Assembly (NCBI RefSeq): GCF_964213995.1
Contig: NW_027590388.1
Location: forward strand, 248,001-312,000
DNA length: 64,000 nt
Direction of reading: 5' to 3'
Source of the DNA: Mustelus asterias
Taxonomy: Eukaryota
Under the pieces are notes generated by a model. That model was not told where the DNA came from, did no database searches, and saw only the letters and a list, made by a program, of their open reading frames with translations. The first letter of the stretch is position 1; each line of letters opens with the position of its first letter. Below, piece by piece: positions 63,028 through 64,000 of this stretch. A program made the position numbers and the translations under genes.

Positions 63028-63649
63028 GTGTCTCTCCCAGTTTGACAGTCAGTTGAAGCCTTGTCCATACATAAAAAACCTGAATAGTGACTAGTGATGT
63101 CTTTTCAAGCTGTGTAACTGGTTGAAGCTTTATTCCACAGTCAGTGCACAGGAACACCCACTCATGTCTGTGTCTCCACGTTTTCCAATCACACTTATGG
63201 TTGAAATCTCTTGAAGCAGACAGAACAGAGAAATATTTCTCTTTATAGATTCCAAAGGCTGATGTTGTTCAGGTCCCGATTTATCAAGTTAATCTGGCAG
63301 ATCACCACGAGTATTTGTTTTGAGAAGTCCAATTCTGATATTCTGTAAAATGAGTTCCAAAATTCATCACTGTCAGTGCAACTTAGAAATTCAGAAAAGA
63401 CAATTCTAGTTTTTATAGAAAATTCTTTACTTTCTCCCGCCATTCTTACCCTGCATCTAATACACATCATAGAACAACACTCGACATATCCCTGTCCTGT
63501 ATTAATTTACTGTCTCCTTAATATCAGCTATCTCCTGGGGATCCACCCCTTTAATTGTGACCATTACGAATATAGACCATCCTTTTAGCCAGACAAATAA
63601 ATGTATTAAGCTGAGGGAGCTAAAGAATGTTAATGTCTTTAAAAGAGAA

Positions 63650-64000
63650 AGACTTGGGGCAACCTTTCCAGAGTCTGCAGCCTCCCTGGATTCACTTCCT
63701 TTCCCTTCAGTTGCTGCAAGTCCCCAATTTCCCCCAGAATGAGAAAAGAAATGGAAAGGGGGAGAAAAGAAAGTGTTTTACTCACAGAGGTTGGAGAGAC
63801 AGAAGAACGTTTCTGTCTGCATGAAGCTCAATCTGCATTGTCACAAAGACAGCATTCTGATTGGCTGGAGGACCAGAGGGCTTCCGGTCCTCCAACTATT
63901 CTCATTGGTGAATGTCTCACGCGACATAATGGTGGGTGGGACCTCCTCCGTACATGCGCACCTTCCCTCTCCCCTGGACATGCGCATTCGGGGTCGCCTG
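63650..64000 (-). promoter_or_regulatory. Promoter and non-coding exon 1 of Z5B (P1 type)
   Basis: Consensus donor ct|gtgagt near 63785; gattggct, cttccggt, cattggt, catgcgca twice. Confidence 0.68.

Larger units (their letters stand above)
43342..63440. repeat. Segmental duplication, copy B (expanded by insertions)
   Basis: Collinear with 6150-18600. Confidence 0.92.

Overview
Eukaryotic, repeat-rich DNA that looks like an elasmobranch (shark) genome, inferred from HE1/V-SINE-type and Deu-domain SINEs, abundant CR1 LINEs and KRAB-less tandem C2H2 genes. The window is a birth-and-death cluster of single-coding-exon C2H2 zinc-finger (ZNF) genes: about 7 largely intact ORFs, 4 disrupted copies and several remnants. 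They are arranged around repeated CpG-rich, apparently bidirectional promoter modules (NRF1, YY1, ZNF143, CCAAT and ETS motifs). A four-gene block is duplicated (copy A ~6150-18600, copy B ~43342-63440), and the two copies have inactivated different genes. Comparing the copies shows recent insertions and the birth of a 67 x 33-bp minisatellite from a CR1 remnant. The most notable signals are: (i) fold-back Penelope-like (Neptune-type GIY-YIG) elements carrying six minimal hammerhead-ribozyme motifs with compensatory changes, plus a 204-bp non-coding hairpin derivative; (ii) an 8 x 95-bp array that multiplies a ZNF 3' splice site; (iii) a 6 x 38-bp array that multiplies a promoter NRF1-like module; (iv) more ZNF exons than promoters, suggesting shared non-coding first exons. 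All calls were made by eye. Repeat boundaries are approximate and family names need database confirmation.
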